64,000 nucleotides of DNA, from the NCBI GenBank assembly GCA_963770755.1, contig CAVYQZ010000009.1, positions 209,195 through 273,194 on the forward strand. Reading direction: 5' to 3'. The DNA is from Candidatus Aminicenantes bacterium. GTDB lineage: Bacteria; Acidobacteriota; Aminicenantia; UBA2199. Shown piece by piece: positions 27,746 to 38,672 of the stretch. Both the position numbers and the translations under genes were made by a program. Position 1 is the stretch's first letter; every line of letters begins with the position of its first letter. The notes under the pieces were generated by a model that searched no databases, was not told the DNA's origin, and was given only the letters and a program-made list of their open reading frames with translations.

Positions 27746-29014
27746 ATGAACCTGAAACGATTGCTTTTTATCGGCATTTTATTGGCATTGTTCGCCTTTT
27801 CCTGCACGCAGCCGAAAAAGATCTACGTAGCTCCCACACTTCCGCCCACGAAAACGGTGCCGTTGGTTGTGCCGCCGATCGTATCGCCGCCGCCCATAAG
27901 CTGGACGGCCGCCAACGCCCTGCAGCCGGCAGCCGTCATCCCCGCACTGCGGGACGACGAACCGGCGCAAACACTGATCAACGCCGTCAACCTCAGCCTG
28001 GAAAAATTCGCCGCCATGGATCCGGCTGCCGTCCTGCGTTTCGGCGCCGAATCGGTGTCGGTCGAGCGTATGATGGACAGCCTGAAGGATTTCCGCGCCA
28101 AGCTGGCCGAAATGGGACTGAACCAGGAATTTTTCAATTATCTGCGCCAGAACTATGTATTCTATTCCAGCACGGCGCCGCAGGTCGTCTTCACCGGCTA
28201 CTACGAACCGCTGCTGCGCGGCTCGCTGCTTAAATCGCCGCAATTCCCCTACCCTTTGTACGGCCGCCCGGGCGACCTGGTCAGCGTCGATTTAAAGCAA
28301 TTTTATTTTTACAAGGAACAGAACTACAACCTGCCGAACCAGATCAAGGGCCGGGTGGACGCAAACAACCGACTCGTCCCCTACTACAGCCGCGAGGAGA
28401 TCGACTTCAAGAGCATATTGTCCGGCCGCGGCCTGGAGCTCGTCTGGATTGACAGTCTGGTCGATATCTTTTTCCTTCATATCCAGGGCTCGGGCATCGT
28501 CCAGCTCGAGGACGGCACCCGCATATTCGTCGGTTATGCCGACCAGAACGGCCACCCCTTCCGCTCCACCGGCAGGTATTTGCTTGAAAAGCAGCTCGTC
28601 GATCGCAGCCAGCTTTCGCTGCAGGGCATGAAGTCCTTTTTAAAGAAACATCCCGAAGTCATTCCCGAGACGCTGACGGCCAATCCCAGTTACATTTTTT
28701 TCCAGATCAACCGCCAGAGCGCCACCGGCACCTTCGGCGCCCGCCTGACCCCCTGGCGCAGCATCGCCAGCGACCAGCGCCTTTTTCCGCTCGGGGCCCT
28801 GGCTTTCATCGAATGCGAAAAGCCGGTTTTCGATCCGCAAAATCGCGTCAGCGGCTGGGAGAAGTTCGGCCGTTTCGTCCTGAACCAGGACACCGGCGGC
28901 GCCATCGTCGGCGCCGATCGCGTCGACCTCTTCACCGGCCACGGCGAATTCAGCGAACGGGTCGCCGGCAACATGAAGCAGAAGGGAAGCGTCTATTTTC
29001 TGTTGAAAAAATAG
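27746..29014 (+). CDS. mltA: Membrane-bound lytic murein transglycosylase A (MltA) lipoprotein
   Basis: Lipoprotein signal (LLALFAFSC) and the MltA/3D-domain pattern (…VDLFTGHGEF…). Confidence 0.8.
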   Translation: MNLKRLLFIGILLALFAFSCTQPKKIYVAPTLPPTKTVPLVVPPIVSPPPISWTAANALQPAAVIPALRDDEPAQTLINAVNLSLEKFAAMDPAAVLRFGAESVSVERMMDSLKDFRAKLAEMGLNQEFFNYLRQNYVFYSSTAPQVVFTGYYEPLLRGSLLKSPQFPYPLYGRPGDLVSVDLKQFYFYKEQNYNLPNQIKGRVDANNRLVPYYSREEIDFKSILSGRGLELVWIDSLVDIFFLHIQGSGIVQLEDGTRIFVGYADQNGHPFRSTGRYLLEKQLVDRSQLSLQGMKSFLKKHPEVIPETLTANPSYIFFQINRQSATGTFGARLTPWRSIASDQRLFPLGALAFIECEKPVFDPQNRVSGWEKFGRFVLNQDTGGAIVGADRVDLFTGHGEFSERVAGNMKQKGSVYFLLKK

Positions 29015-29092
29015 CCGGCGCCGAACGGATTTTTGATTTGACTTTTATTCCGGGCCAGAATATAGTGAAATCGTTTCCCCGGAGATACAGTC

Positions 29093-31420
29093 ATGAAATG
29101 TCCACAATGCGATTCACCGAACGATGAGCTGAACCGCTCCTGCAGCCAGTGCGGGGATATTTTCGACCTCACCGATCCCGTCCAATGTTCCCCTCCTGCC
29201 GTTGGCAACCTGAACAATTTCATGCTGAGTCCGGGCGATAATTTCGGCAGCCGCTACCAGATCATCGAACAGATCGGGTCCGGCGGCATGAGCAAAGTAT
29301 TCAAGGCACTGGACAAGGAGTTGAACATCCAGGTGGTGCTCAAGATCATCGACCCCGAACTGAGCAACACTCCTGATGCGGTGGAGCGTTTCAAGAGAGA
29401 ATTGCTCCTGGCCCGGGAGATCGTACACGAGAACGTGATCCGCATCCATGATCTGGGCGCAAAAGACGGTATTCGCTACATCTCCATGAACTATGTCGAG
29501 GGTCAGAACCTCCAGGAATTGATCGGCATGGCGGGTCCACTGTCGACGGGCAAGGTGCTCGACATCATCAGCACGATCTGTCAGGCACTGGTGATCGCTC
29601 ATGGCAAGGGCATCATACACCGCGACCTGAAACCGCAGAACGTCATGATCGGCAGTAAGGGCAAGGTGACCGTTCTCGATTTCGGCATCGCCCGCTCCCT
29701 GGACCAGGTGGGCACCACCCGCACCGGTTTCATCATCGGCACCCCGGAATGCATGGCGCCGGAGCAGATCCAGGGGGAAAAGGTCGATGCCAGCACCGAC
29801 ATCTACTCGCTGGGGGTCATGATGTACCAGATGGTCACCGGTCGCGTGCCGTTCAAGGCCGACAACATGCAAGCACTGCTTTTCAAGCACCTGAATGAAT
29901 CCCCGATCCCGCCGTCCGCCATCGTGCCAACCGTGCCGCCGGCCCTGGAACGCATCATTTTAAAGTGCATGAAAAAAAAACCCGGCAAGCGTTATACTTC
30001 GGCCGAAAAACTACTCAAAGCGGTCGGGCGCTTGCTGAAAAAAAAAGACCGGCGCGAAAACCTCAGGCGCAAACTGCTCCTGCTGCGCCGTCCGCTGCGC
30101 TTCCGCCCCCTGGTTTACCTGGTCCGCTTCCTGGAGCTGGCCATGCTGCTTTTCGCCTGCGCATCCGTTTTGGGCTGGGTCGTTGACAGTCATTACCGCG
30201 GCAAACTGCTCGAACTTACCGCCGAACATCCCCTCTACTTCAAGACCCGCTTTCCCATGGACAAGGATTACCTACCGCCTGACTGGCCGGTCAGGCAGGG
30301 CGATGCCTGGAAAAAATACCGCCACGCCGCGGCAATCCAGGCCGCCCTTCCTCCGGGCGAGACAGGGCTCCTGGAACGCCGTATCGAAAACCTTCACCAT
30401 GCCGTCATCCCACCGGCCGGCATCGAGGTTGTATCCGGAGTGTTGACCGACGCCGGGAATAGGATGGGCTTGGACAACGTGCTTGCCGGCATCGCCAGCG
30501 ACACCCTGGTCCCGCAGGCGGGAGAAATCCTGCCAACGGAATTCATCGCCTTCTTCAGCCGCTGGCAGACATTGAGAGCCAGGCTGGAATTCCTGAAGGG
30601 GAACAACGAAGGCGGCATGCAGCGACTCTGCGCATTGGGCATCTTTTTGACCGATTGCGAAGCGGCTGCCGGCAGCCTGGCCGACCACGCCCATACCCTT
30701 GCCCAGTTCCCCATTTTTTGCCAGGAGACCATGCTGCTGGCGCTGGCCAGCGACATCGAGCCGGACCGAAAGCAATTGGAAAGGATCGAACCCCTGCTGC
30801 TGCTGCTCCTGAAAAAAACACATGACGGCCGTTTTTTTCAATTGGCCTACCTGGACGACCTGCAGGCGGTCCGCCGGGAGGACTTCAGCGAGAGCTGGTG
30901 GTGGGGACCCGAATATTTCTGGTTCGGCAAGTTCCGTTTCATGGCCATGTTGGAAACCCGCGATCTCGTTCTGTGGCGAACCCTGGTTGCCGAGAGCCGG
31001 GCCCGGGAAACACTGTCAGCCAAACCGCCGCGAAGGGAAATCCGCACACTGCTGGACCGTTTCCGCCGCCATGACAACCGGAAGTGGCCGCAAGTCGGCT
31101 CGGAGCGTTTCTACCGCGGGCATGATTCCCTGCGCGTTAACCGCACCCTGGTCAAGCTGGCCTTGCTGCTGGAACGTCTGCAGCGTTTCGGCATCAACAG
31201 CAAAGAGGTAGTCTCCCTGCTTGCATCCGACCTGGGAGTGAACGAGCTGACCGGGGAACCGTGGCAGATCGTCCAGACCATCGATAGAACGGTCATCCGT
31301 ATCAGCGAGCGGGTTGAATTCACGTTCCGTCCCGTCAGCTACGCGGCCGACCACGCCACCGCCACCGCCGAGCTCGAAAGGCTCGCCACGGCCATCGGGG
31401 CAACGGGCAGTCGGCCCTGA
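29093..31420 (+). CDS. Hanks-type Ser/Thr protein kinase with an N-terminal zinc ribbon, a TM segment and a large C-terminal domain of unknown function
   Basis: CPQCDS...CSQCGD zinc ribbon; kinase subdomains (GSGGMSKVFKA, HRDLKPQNV, DFGIAR, GTPECMAPE). Confidence 0.85.
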   Translation: MKCPQCDSPNDELNRSCSQCGDIFDLTDPVQCSPPAVGNLNNFMLSPGDNFGSRYQIIEQIGSGGMSKVFKALDKELNIQVVLKIIDPELSNTPDAVERFKRELLLAREIVHENVIRIHDLGAKDGIRYISMNYVEGQNLQELIGMAGPLSTGKVLDIISTICQALVIAHGKGIIHRDLKPQNVMIGSKGKVTVLDFGIARSLDQVGTTRTGFIIGTPECMAPEQIQGEKVDASTDIYSLGVMMYQMVTGRVPFKADNMQALLFKHLNESPIPPSAIVPTVPPALERIILKCMKKKPGKRYTSAEKLLKAVGRLLKKKDRRENLRRKLLLLRRPLRFRPLVYLVRFLELAMLLFACASVLGWVVDSHYRGKLLELTAEHPLYFKTRFPMDKDYLPPDWPVRQGDAWKKYRHAAAIQAALPPGETGLLERRIENLHHAVIPPAGIEVVSGVLTDAGNRMGLDNVLAGIASDTLVPQAGEILPTEFIAFFSRWQTLRARLEFLKGNNEGGMQRLCALGIFLTDCEAAAGSLADHAHTLAQFPIFCQETMLLALASDIEPDRKQLERIEPLLLLLLKKTHDGRFFQLAYLDDLQAVRREDFSESWWWGPEYFWFGKFRFMAMLETRDLVLWRTLVAESRARETLSAKPPRREIRTLLDRFRRHDNRKWPQVGSERFYRGHDSLRVNRTLVKLALLLERLQRFGINSKEVVSLLASDLGVNELTGEPWQIVQTIDRTVIRISERVEFTFRPVSYAADHATATAELERLATAIGATGSRP

Positions 31421-31480
31421 GAGGCGCGAGTAAAGACGTAGGGACAGGTCGCGACCTGTCCCTACTAGCGAACAATGGTT

Positions 31481-33073
31481 TCAAGGGCAAGCATATTTCT
31501 TGATCAGGGCCTCGGCGACACGGATGCCGTCCACGGCCGAGGACATGATGCCGCCGGCATAGCCCGCCCCTTCCCCGGCCGGGTACAGGCCGCGAATGTT
31601 GCTCTCGAAGCATTCATCGCGGACCATGCGCACGGGCGACGAACTGCGGGTCTCGATTCCGGTCAGGATCGCGTCGGCCTGGGCAAAGCCGGGCAGCTGC
31701 CTGTCGAAATAGGGCAAAGCCTGGCGCAGGGTTTCGCTCACGTAAGCAGGCAGGCAATCGGCCAGATCGGCCAGGCGCCAGCCGGGACGATAAGTGGGTT
31801 GAATACTTCCCGGCGCTGCCGATGAGCGCCCCGCCATAAAATCACCGACCCGTTGCAGCGGCGCGAAATAATTGCTGCCGCCCAGGGCGAAGGCTTTTCT
31901 CTCCCAGGTCCTTTGGAACTCGATGCCGGCCAGAGGATGGTCGGTGTTAAAATCGCCAGGAGAGATTCCGACCAGAAGCGCGCTGTTGGCGTTGTCGCCA
32001 TCCCGGGCATACAAGCTCATGCCATTGGTGACCAGGCCGCCGGCCTCAGTCGCCGCCGCCACCACCAATCCGCCGGGGCACATGCAGAAGCTGTAGGCCG
32101 AACGGCCGCCGGGGGCGTGGAAGACCAGCTTATAGTCGGCCGCGCCCAGGCGCGGATGGCCGGCATCCGCACCGTAGCGGGTTTCATCGAGCCAGCGCTG
32201 GCTGTGTTCCACGCGCACGCCCATGGAAAACGGCTTTGCCTGAAGCTCTACGCCGCTTTCTAAAAGCATGGCCAGCGTGTCGCGGGCGCTGTTGCCCGTG
32301 GCCAGGATCACCGCCCCGGCCGACAAACCTCCCTGACCGGCAATGTCCACGCCGGCAATTTTGCCATCCCGGATGCACAGACCGCTGACCAGGCTGTTGA
32401 AGCGAAACTCGCCGCCCAGGGCGATGATGGTCTGGCGGATACGGGTGACGATGGCCGGCAAGCGGTCGCTGCCCAGGTGGGGCCTGGCCAGGAAAAGAAT
32501 GTCTTCGGCAGCGCCGGCGGCGACGAATTCCTCCAGCACCTTGCGGCAGCGCGAATCATGGATCAGGGTCGTCAGCTTGCCGTCGGAAAACGTGCCGGCA
32601 CCGCCTTCGCCGAAATGGAGGTTCGACTCGGCGGACAATACGCCGCCGGTCCAGAACCGTTCCACGTCGCGGCTGCGCTCAGCGACCGGCTCGCCCCGTT
32701 CCAGGACGACCGGCCGATAGCCCCTATGGGCCAGCAGCAGGGCGGCAAAAAGCCCGGCCGGGCCGCTGCCGACCAGCAATGGCGGTCCATTCAGTTTTTC
32801 GCGGCCCGCCTTGACATCATGGTAGGCCAGGTCGGGGCTGGGAAGGATCTTCGCGGATTTTTTCCGGCTCAAAAAACGCGGCTCATTTATTAAAGCCGCA
32901 TCCACGCTATAGACGAAACGGATAGCCCCTTTTTTTCGGGCATCGATAGCCTGACGAAAGATCCGGTATTGGATCAGTTCGCCTGCCTTAAGTCCAAGTT
33001 TGGCCAGAATGGCCCTGGATAAATCTTCCACTCCATGATCGAGCGGCAGTTTTATTTCATTAACGCGCACCAT
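31481..33073 (-). CDS. FAD-dependent oxidoreductase (COG2509 family)
   Basis: GSGPAGLFAALLL dinucleotide motif; 530 aa, typical of the family. Confidence 0.7.
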   Translation of the reverse strand: MVRVNEIKLPLDHGVEDLSRAILAKLGLKAGELIQYRIFRQAIDARKKGAIRFVYSVDAALINEPRFLSRKKSAKILPSPDLAYHDVKAGREKLNGPPLLVGSGPAGLFAALLLAHRGYRPVVLERGEPVAERSRDVERFWTGGVLSAESNLHFGEGGAGTFSDGKLTTLIHDSRCRKVLEEFVAAGAAEDILFLARPHLGSDRLPAIVTRIRQTIIALGGEFRFNSLVSGLCIRDGKIAGVDIAGQGGLSAGAVILATGNSARDTLAMLLESGVELQAKPFSMGVRVEHSQRWLDETRYGADAGHPRLGAADYKLVFHAPGGRSAYSFCMCPGGLVVAAATEAGGLVTNGMSLYARDGDNANSALLVGISPGDFNTDHPLAGIEFQRTWERKAFALGGSNYFAPLQRVGDFMAGRSSAAPGSIQPTYRPGWRLADLADCLPAYVSETLRQALPYFDRQLPGFAQADAILTGIETRSSSPVRMVRDECFESNIRGLYPAGEGAGYAGGIMSSAVDGIRVAEALIKKYACP

Positions 33074-33079
33074 GGCCGC

Positions 33080-34310
33080 TCAGGAGCCGGCGGCATGGCA
33101 CCCGGCCACATAGCCCGAGGACCAGGCCCACTGCAGGTTGAAGCCGCCGCAGTCACCGTCGACATCGAGAATTTCACCGCAGAAGAAAAGGCCGGGCACC
33201 CGGCGCGACTCCAGGGTGGCGGCATCGACTTCATTCAGGTCAATGCCGCCGGCCGTGACCTGGGCCTCGGGCCAGGGCATCGTGCCGCGCACCGGCAGTG
33301 ACCAATTCTTCAGGATCCGGACCAGGGCGGCCCTGTCCGCGGCCGATGAATTTGCAGCGGGTTGAGCCCGATCATCAATCCCGGCCTCGGACAAAACCAC
33401 CGGGATCAGACGCTTGTTCAGCAATCCGACCAGCGCATCGGCGAGCGTTTTGTTTGACTGGCGGCGGAAGCGGACCTTCAGGTCGGCGTCCAGTTCGTTT
33501 GGACCCATTGCGGGAAACAGATCGAGAACAATCTGCGGCGACAGCTGCTTTTTCAGGGCGATCGCGGCCGATCGGCTCAGTTGCAGGACCGGCATTCCGG
33601 TGATGCCGTTGTCAGTGAATAGAAACTCCCCCTCTTCGCTGCGCAGCACTTCGTCACCGCAGCGCACCTGGCCGCGACCCTCGAAGCGGACCCCCTTCAG
33701 CCGGCGCAGGAAATCGGCGCCCAAACGCAGCGGAACGAGGGCCGCCAGCGGGATCGATCAGGCGGTGGCCCAACGACGCGGCCAAGCGCAAACCCGAACC
33801 GTCGCTGCCGAATTGCGGTCCGGCCATGCCGCCGGCAGCCAGAACCAGGGACTCGGCCGCCAGCTCTCCGCCGGCGGCCAGAACCAGGGCGAAACCTTTG
33901 CCCTTTTTAATAATCCGCCTGACCTCGTGGCCGGGACGTACATCGACCCTCAGCCGCTCCAGTTCCCAGCGCAGAACATCCAGCACCGCCGATGCCTGTC
34001 CGCAGCGGGGATAGACACGCCCCTCGCTTTCGACCCGGCAGGAGATGCCCAGCTCCTCGAAGAATTCGATGGTGCTCGCGACCGGAAAGCGAGACAGGAC
34101 GGCCGTGATGAATGCCTGGTTGCCGCCGTGCAGCCTGAACAGGACGTCTTTGCTGTTGGTGAGGTTGCAGCGGCCGTTGCCCGTGGCCAGAAGTTTCTTG
34201 CCGAGGCGGTCCTTGCGCTCGAGCAGCAGCACCCGGGCGCCGCTGCGGGCGGCGCTGACGGCGGCCATCATCCCCGAGCAGCCGCCTCCGATCACTGATA
34301 CCTGTTTCAT
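33080..34310 (-). pseudogene. HI0933-family NAD(P)/FAD-dependent flavoprotein (aminoacetone-oxidase-like), split by a frameshift near 33700-33760
   Basis: N-terminal half (MKQVSVIGGGCSGMMAA…, ORF 33654..34310) and C-terminal half (…GGFNLQWAWSSGYVAG, ORF 33080..33724) are in different frames. Confidence 0.65.
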
Positions 34311-34329
34311 GTCAGCCGACTGGCGCCCA

Positions 34330-35121
34330 TCAGTGCCCGCGATGAAAATGATTGATCACCCGCGTCCCGGGCCGCAGGTAATGCGGCCGGCTCAGGCTGG
34401 CGGTGATAAACGCCTTGGCCTCGGCCACGGCGACACGCAGGGAACGGCCGCGGGCCAGGTAGGCGGCGATGGCAGCCGAAAACGTACAGCCCGAACCATG
34501 GCTGTTGACGCTGCGCACCATGTCGGCGGCATACTCCCGCACACCGCGGCGGTCCAGCAAGAGGTCAATGGCCCGGCCAGGCAGATGGCCTCCTTTCATG
34601 AGGAAAGGCACCTGGTATTTTTTGTAAAGGGTTTCACCGGCCTGGCGCAGTTCATCCAACGAGCTGATTTTGCGGCCGCACAGGAACTCGGCTTCAGGCA
34701 GGTTGGGCGTGATCAATACGGCCAAGGGGAAAACCCGCTCGGCCAGAACTCGCACGGCCTTGGGCTTGATCAGCCGGCTGCCCGAGGTGGCGGCAAACAC
34801 CGGGTCGACCACGATGGGGATGCGCCCATGCTCCTGGATAACGGCGGCCACGGTTTCAATGATATCGCTGTTGAACATCATGCCCATTTTGATCGCCTTG
34901 ACCGGGTATCCATCCAGCACCGCCTGCAACTGTGCCTCGACAACCCGGGGATCGACGGCCTGGATGGCGCGCACCCCATCCAGGTTCTGGGCGGTGACGG
35001 CGGTGATGACGCTGGCGCCATAAACCCCACAGGCCGAAAAGGTCTTGATATCGGCCTGGATACCGGCGCCGCCGCCGGAGTCCGAGCCGGCGATGGTCAG
35101 GGCTACGGCATGCTTCAACAA
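34330..35121 (-). CDS. thiD: Hydroxymethylpyrimidine/phosphomethylpyrimidine kinase ThiD
   Basis: [22 protein letters not shown] motif. The likely TTG start lies just after the serA stop; the upstream ATG extension overlaps serA and is implausible. Confidence 0.8.
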   Translation of the reverse strand: MLKHAVALTIAGSDSGGGAGIQADIKTFSACGVYGASVITAVTAQNLDGVRAIQAVDPRVVEAQLQAVLDGYPVKAIKMGMMFNSDIIETVAAVIQEHGRIPIVVDPVFAATSGSRLIKPKAVRVLAERVFPLAVLITPNLPEAEFLCGRKISSLDELRQAGETLYKKYQVPFLMKGGHLPGRAIDLLLDRRGVREYAADMVRSVNSHGSGCTFSAAIAAYLARGRSLRVAVAEAKAFITASLSRPHYLRPGTRVINHFHRGH

Positions 35122-35128
35122 GGGATGG

Positions 35129-36055
35129 CTACTTGTTGACCTGGAAGGTCTTGTCGCCCTTTTCAAAGAAGGCGACGATCTGGCGGGCGGCAGCCATCCC
35201 GGCGTTGATATTGGCTTCCTCGGTCTGCGCCCCCATCTTCTTGGCCGTGAAAACAAAACGACCGGCGTACTTCTCGGCGATTTCCGCGGCACAGGCCGGC
35301 GCGACGTCGGCGCCGTACTTGAAATCGGGACGTTCGGCGAACATTTTCAATAAGGACGGTTCGTCAATCACTTCGGCGCGGGCGGTGTTGATCAGGGCCG
35401 CCCCTTTTTTCATCTGGCTGAGCAGGGCGAAATTAACGGAATTGACTGTTTCCTTGGTCTTGGGAATATGGATTGAAACGTAGTCGCATGATTGGTATAG
35501 TTCTTCCAGGGAAGCGACCGGGATGACGCCGTCCTTTTTCATCGCCTCGGCAGGCACATAGGGATCGAATGCGGTCACCTCCATGCCGAAGCCCTTGGCG
35601 ATGGGCATGACGCAGCGGCCGACGGCACCGTAGGCCTGCAGGCCGATTTTCTTGCCGCGCAGTTCACTCCCCGACTTGCCGGAAAAAGCGCCACGTGCCA
35701 GGTGGAGCATCAAAGCGAAAACCAGCTCGGCCACGGCGTTGGAATTTTGTCCCGGAGTGTTCATGGCCACAACGCCCTTCGCCGAGGCGGCCTTCAGGTC
35801 GATGTTGTCGTAGCCGGCGCCGGCGCGCACCACGATCTTTAGGCTGCCGCCGGCGGCCAGGACGGCTTCGTCGATGATATCACTACGGATAATCATGGCA
35901 TCGGCAGTAGCCGCGGCTTTGAGCAGGTCATCCTTGGACTGGTATTTTTCCAGCAGGATCATCTCGTATCCGGCATTTTTCAAAATATCGGTGATCCCGT
36001 TCACCGCTGCCTTGGCGAACGGTTTCTCAGTAGCCAATAATACTTTTTTCCCCAT
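35129..36055 (-). CDS. serA: D-3-phosphoglycerate dehydrogenase / D-isomer-specific 2-hydroxyacid dehydrogenase (short form)
   Basis: NAD-binding [10 protein letters not shown] and a catalytic His/Glu/Arg pattern; 308 aa. Confidence 0.75.
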   Translation of the reverse strand: MGKKVLLATEKPFAKAAVNGITDILKNAGYEMILLEKYQSKDDLLKAAATADAMIIRSDIIDEAVLAAGGSLKIVVRAGAGYDNIDLKAASAKGVVAMNTPGQNSNAVAELVFALMLHLARGAFSGKSGSELRGKKIGLQAYGAVGRCVMPIAKGFGMEVTAFDPYVPAEAMKKDGVIPVASLEELYQSCDYVSIHIPKTKETVNSVNFALLSQMKKGAALINTARAEVIDEPSLLKMFAERPDFKYGADVAPACAAEIAEKYAGRFVFTAKKMGAQTEEANINAGMAAARQIVAFFEKGDKTFQVNK

Positions 36056-36154
36056 GTCATCCTCCTTGTAAATTGATTTTCATCGGAATTCTAATGATTT
36101 TGCCGCCGGTTGTCAATGAGAATCCACGCCTGGTTTATTTTGAAATTGCCCGGC

Positions 36155-37687
36155 TTACTTGCCCAGGATGATGTCGCGCGCCATGTCGGTGATGCTGCGA
36201 AAATCAATCTTGCCGCTGCCGTGCTTGGGCATTTCGGAAATGACCACGAAACGGCTGGGCAGGGCGATTTTGGGCAGCTGCTCGGCCATTTCCTTCAGCA
36301 GGGCTTTTTCATCCACTTGCTGGGTAACCGCGGCGACGACCCTGGCGCCGCGCAACGAATCGGGTATCTCGACCACGCAGCATTCGACATCGGGCGGCAG
36401 GAGCTTTTCCAGCACGTCCTCCACCTTGACCAGCGAGACCATTTCACCGCCGATTTTTAAAAAACGCTTCAATCGGCCCACATGCCAAAGGTAGCCGTCG
36501 GCATCCATATAGCCCATGTCCCCGGTATCGTACCAGCCATGGCGGATGCTTAACGAAGTCTGTTCAAAATCATCGAAATAGCCCTTCATCACGTTGTCAC
36601 CCTTGACCAGGATCTTGCCGATCTCCTCGACCGCGCAACCTTCACCGGTTTCATAATTCTCCACCCGGATTTGCACCCCGTCCAAGGGCTTGCCCGTACT
36701 GCCGGGACGGTTATGGGACAAGGTGTTCACCGTAATGCCCGGGCTGGTTTCAGTGGTTCCATAGGCTTCGAGCAGAGTCTTGTGCTGTTTTTTCAAAAAG
36801 GCCGTGCGCAAGGCTTCGGGGCACTTGTCGGCGCCGCTGATCATGATGCGGACGCTCTCGAAATCACCGGGAGCCGAGTTGCGCACATAACCCCAGTAAA
36901 AGGTCGGCGTTCCCGCCATTAAGGTCACTTTTTCCTCGCGCACGATATCGCAGATGGTTTTGAAATCCAAAGGATTGGCATAGGTGACCAGGGTCATGCC
37001 CTCGCACAAGGGCACCCAGAGGTTGGCGGTCTGTCCGAAAACATGGAAATAAGGCAGGTTGGCCAGGAAAATATCATCGCCGGTGAAATCGTAGGCTTTT
37101 TTCAGGCTTTTATAGTTGGCGCTGATGTTGCGGTGGGTCAGCTGCACGCCCTTGGGGTCTTTTTCACTGCCGCTGGTAAAAAGGATGAGCAGCGTATCGT
37201 TTTCATCGCCGCCGTGGATCGATTTCAGCAGACGTTTGGTGCCGACAGCGGCCAGCAGGGCAGCTTTCAGCTTGTCCAGGATCGAGACCGATTTCATGAT
37301 GTCTTCGAGATAGACCATGCCCGGTACCAGGGGGCAATTGATCTTTTCGCACAGCGCCCGGGAGGTGATGATGGTCTTGAAGGCGCATTTCGTTTGCGCG
37401 TATTCGCAGTTGGCCGCCGCCCCGGTCGAATAGTTGATCATCACCGGCACGCGGCCGCCCATCAGCGTGCCCAGGATGGCCAGGACGGATCCGGCCGAAT
37501 TGGGCAGCATGATACCGAGAAACCCGGGATCGTATTTTTCAAACTTCCTGACCAGGATGAGCGAGCCGATGAGGGCGCGCTTATACGTAATGCGGCGATC
37601 GAGGGTGCGGTCAATGATGGCCAGTTTTTTTTCATTTTTCTTGGCGACGCGTACAAACTGCTGATGTAATAGCATGTTCAACTCCAA
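36155..37687 (-). CDS. AMP-dependent synthetase/ligase (acyl-CoA synthetase, ANL superfamily)
   Basis: AMP-binding motifs (TSGSEKDPKGVQLTH, YGTTE, WYDTGD). Confidence 0.85.
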   Translation of the reverse strand: MELNMLLHQQFVRVAKKNEKKLAIIDRTLDRRITYKRALIGSLILVRKFEKYDPGFLGIMLPNSAGSVLAILGTLMGGRVPVMINYSTGAAANCEYAQTKCAFKTIITSRALCEKINCPLVPGMVYLEDIMKSVSILDKLKAALLAAVGTKRLLKSIHGGDENDTLLILFTSGSEKDPKGVQLTHRNISANYKSLKKAYDFTGDDIFLANLPYFHVFGQTANLWVPLCEGMTLVTYANPLDFKTICDIVREEKVTLMAGTPTFYWGYVRNSAPGDFESVRIMISGADKCPEALRTAFLKKQHKTLLEAYGTTETSPGITVNTLSHNRPGSTGKPLDGVQIRVENYETGEGCAVEEIGKILVKGDNVMKGYFDDFEQTSLSIRHGWYDTGDMGYMDADGYLWHVGRLKRFLKIGGEMVSLVKVEDVLEKLLPPDVECCVVEIPDSLRGARVVAAVTQQVDEKALLKEMAEQLPKIALPSRFVVISEMPKHGSGKIDFRSITDMARDIILGK

Positions 37688-37717
37688 TAATTATTTGATA
37701 TTTTAAAGGATGGCCAA

Positions 37718-38086
37718 CTAGCTGGCCGGCGACTCGACAAAGCCCAGTTCCAGGCCGTTGACATCCCTGGCATGCAGCAATTTGACCCCGCTGTCCATGG
37801 TAATGGGTCCGAATAGAATTTCCACGCCATGGTTTTCCAGGTGGGCGGCGGTTTGCTTGATGTCGTTCACGTAGAAACCGAGCGATAGGCCCGAACCCGA
37901 ATAAGGCAATTCCTTGATATCCTTGATGAATTCGATCTGGTGGCCATGCTGATCGTCCATGAAGACGATGTCCACTCCCGCCCCCGGACTGAAGCGCCGG
38001 CTGACCTTGAAATCAAGGACGCGCTCATAAAAATCCACTGACTTGTGAATATCGATCGTATAGACGGTTATAAAATCAATCTTCAT
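37718..38086 (-). CDS. VOC (glyoxalase/bleomycin-resistance) family protein
   Basis: 122 aa; beta-alpha-beta-beta-beta VOC pattern. Confidence 0.6.
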   Translation of the reverse strand: MKIDFITVYTIDIHKSVDFYERVLDFKVSRRFSPGAGVDIVFMDDQHGHQIEFIKDIKELPYSGSGLSLGFYVNDIKQTAAHLENHGVEILFGPITMDSGVKLLHARDVNGLELGFVESPAS

Positions 38087-38198
38087 GGAACCTCCAACTC
38101 AATAAACTGGATCCATTGTCCGATAAAGCAAAGCTAAAATCAAGGGTTTGCAAATAAAATAATTAAAAAACGGCCGGTGGATTCCTTGAAAATTCCTC

Positions 38199-38672
38199 TT
38201 GACAGCTTGGGGCGATCCGGAATATGCTGTTGACCAAGGAGACCGGGTCATGAAGGTCGATCATCACGCGGAATACCGCTTCGTTGCCGAACGTTCGCGT
38301 TTTTTCGCCGTCCTCTTCACTGCCGCCGACGAAGCCGCCGTGGAGAAGATAGTGCGCCTGAAAAAAGGCGAGCAGCGCAAGGCCAGGCACCACTGCTGGG
38401 CTTTCCGCGGCCGCGGCGGCCAGGGTGAACTGATCGAAAAATCACGCGACGACGGCGAGGTCGGCCATCCGGGCCGGGTGCTGCTCGAACTGCTGCGCCA
38501 CCACGAATTGGAGGGCGGCCTGCTGGTCTCGCGGATTTTCGGCGGTGTCAAGCTCGGGGTCGGCGGCGTATCCAGGGCTTTCAGGGAAGCCGGGTCCGGT
38601 GCGATTGCGGAGTACAAAAAAATAGGGAAAACAGAGGGAAGTCAGAGGGAAGAGAAAGGGAAGCACAAGTAA
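38199..38672 (+). CDS. yigZ: IMPACT/YigZ (UPF0029) family protein
   Basis: HHCWAF motif. The 3' end runs into the purine-rich repeat arm, so the true C-terminus is uncertain. Confidence 0.65.
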   Translation: MTAWGDPEYAVDQGDRVMKVDHHAEYRFVAERSRFFAVLFTAADEAAVEKIVRLKKGEQRKARHHCWAFRGRGGQGELIEKSRDDGEVGHPGRVLLELLRHHELEGGLLVSRIFGGVKLGVGGVSRAFREAGSGAIAEYKKIGKTEGSQREEKGKHK

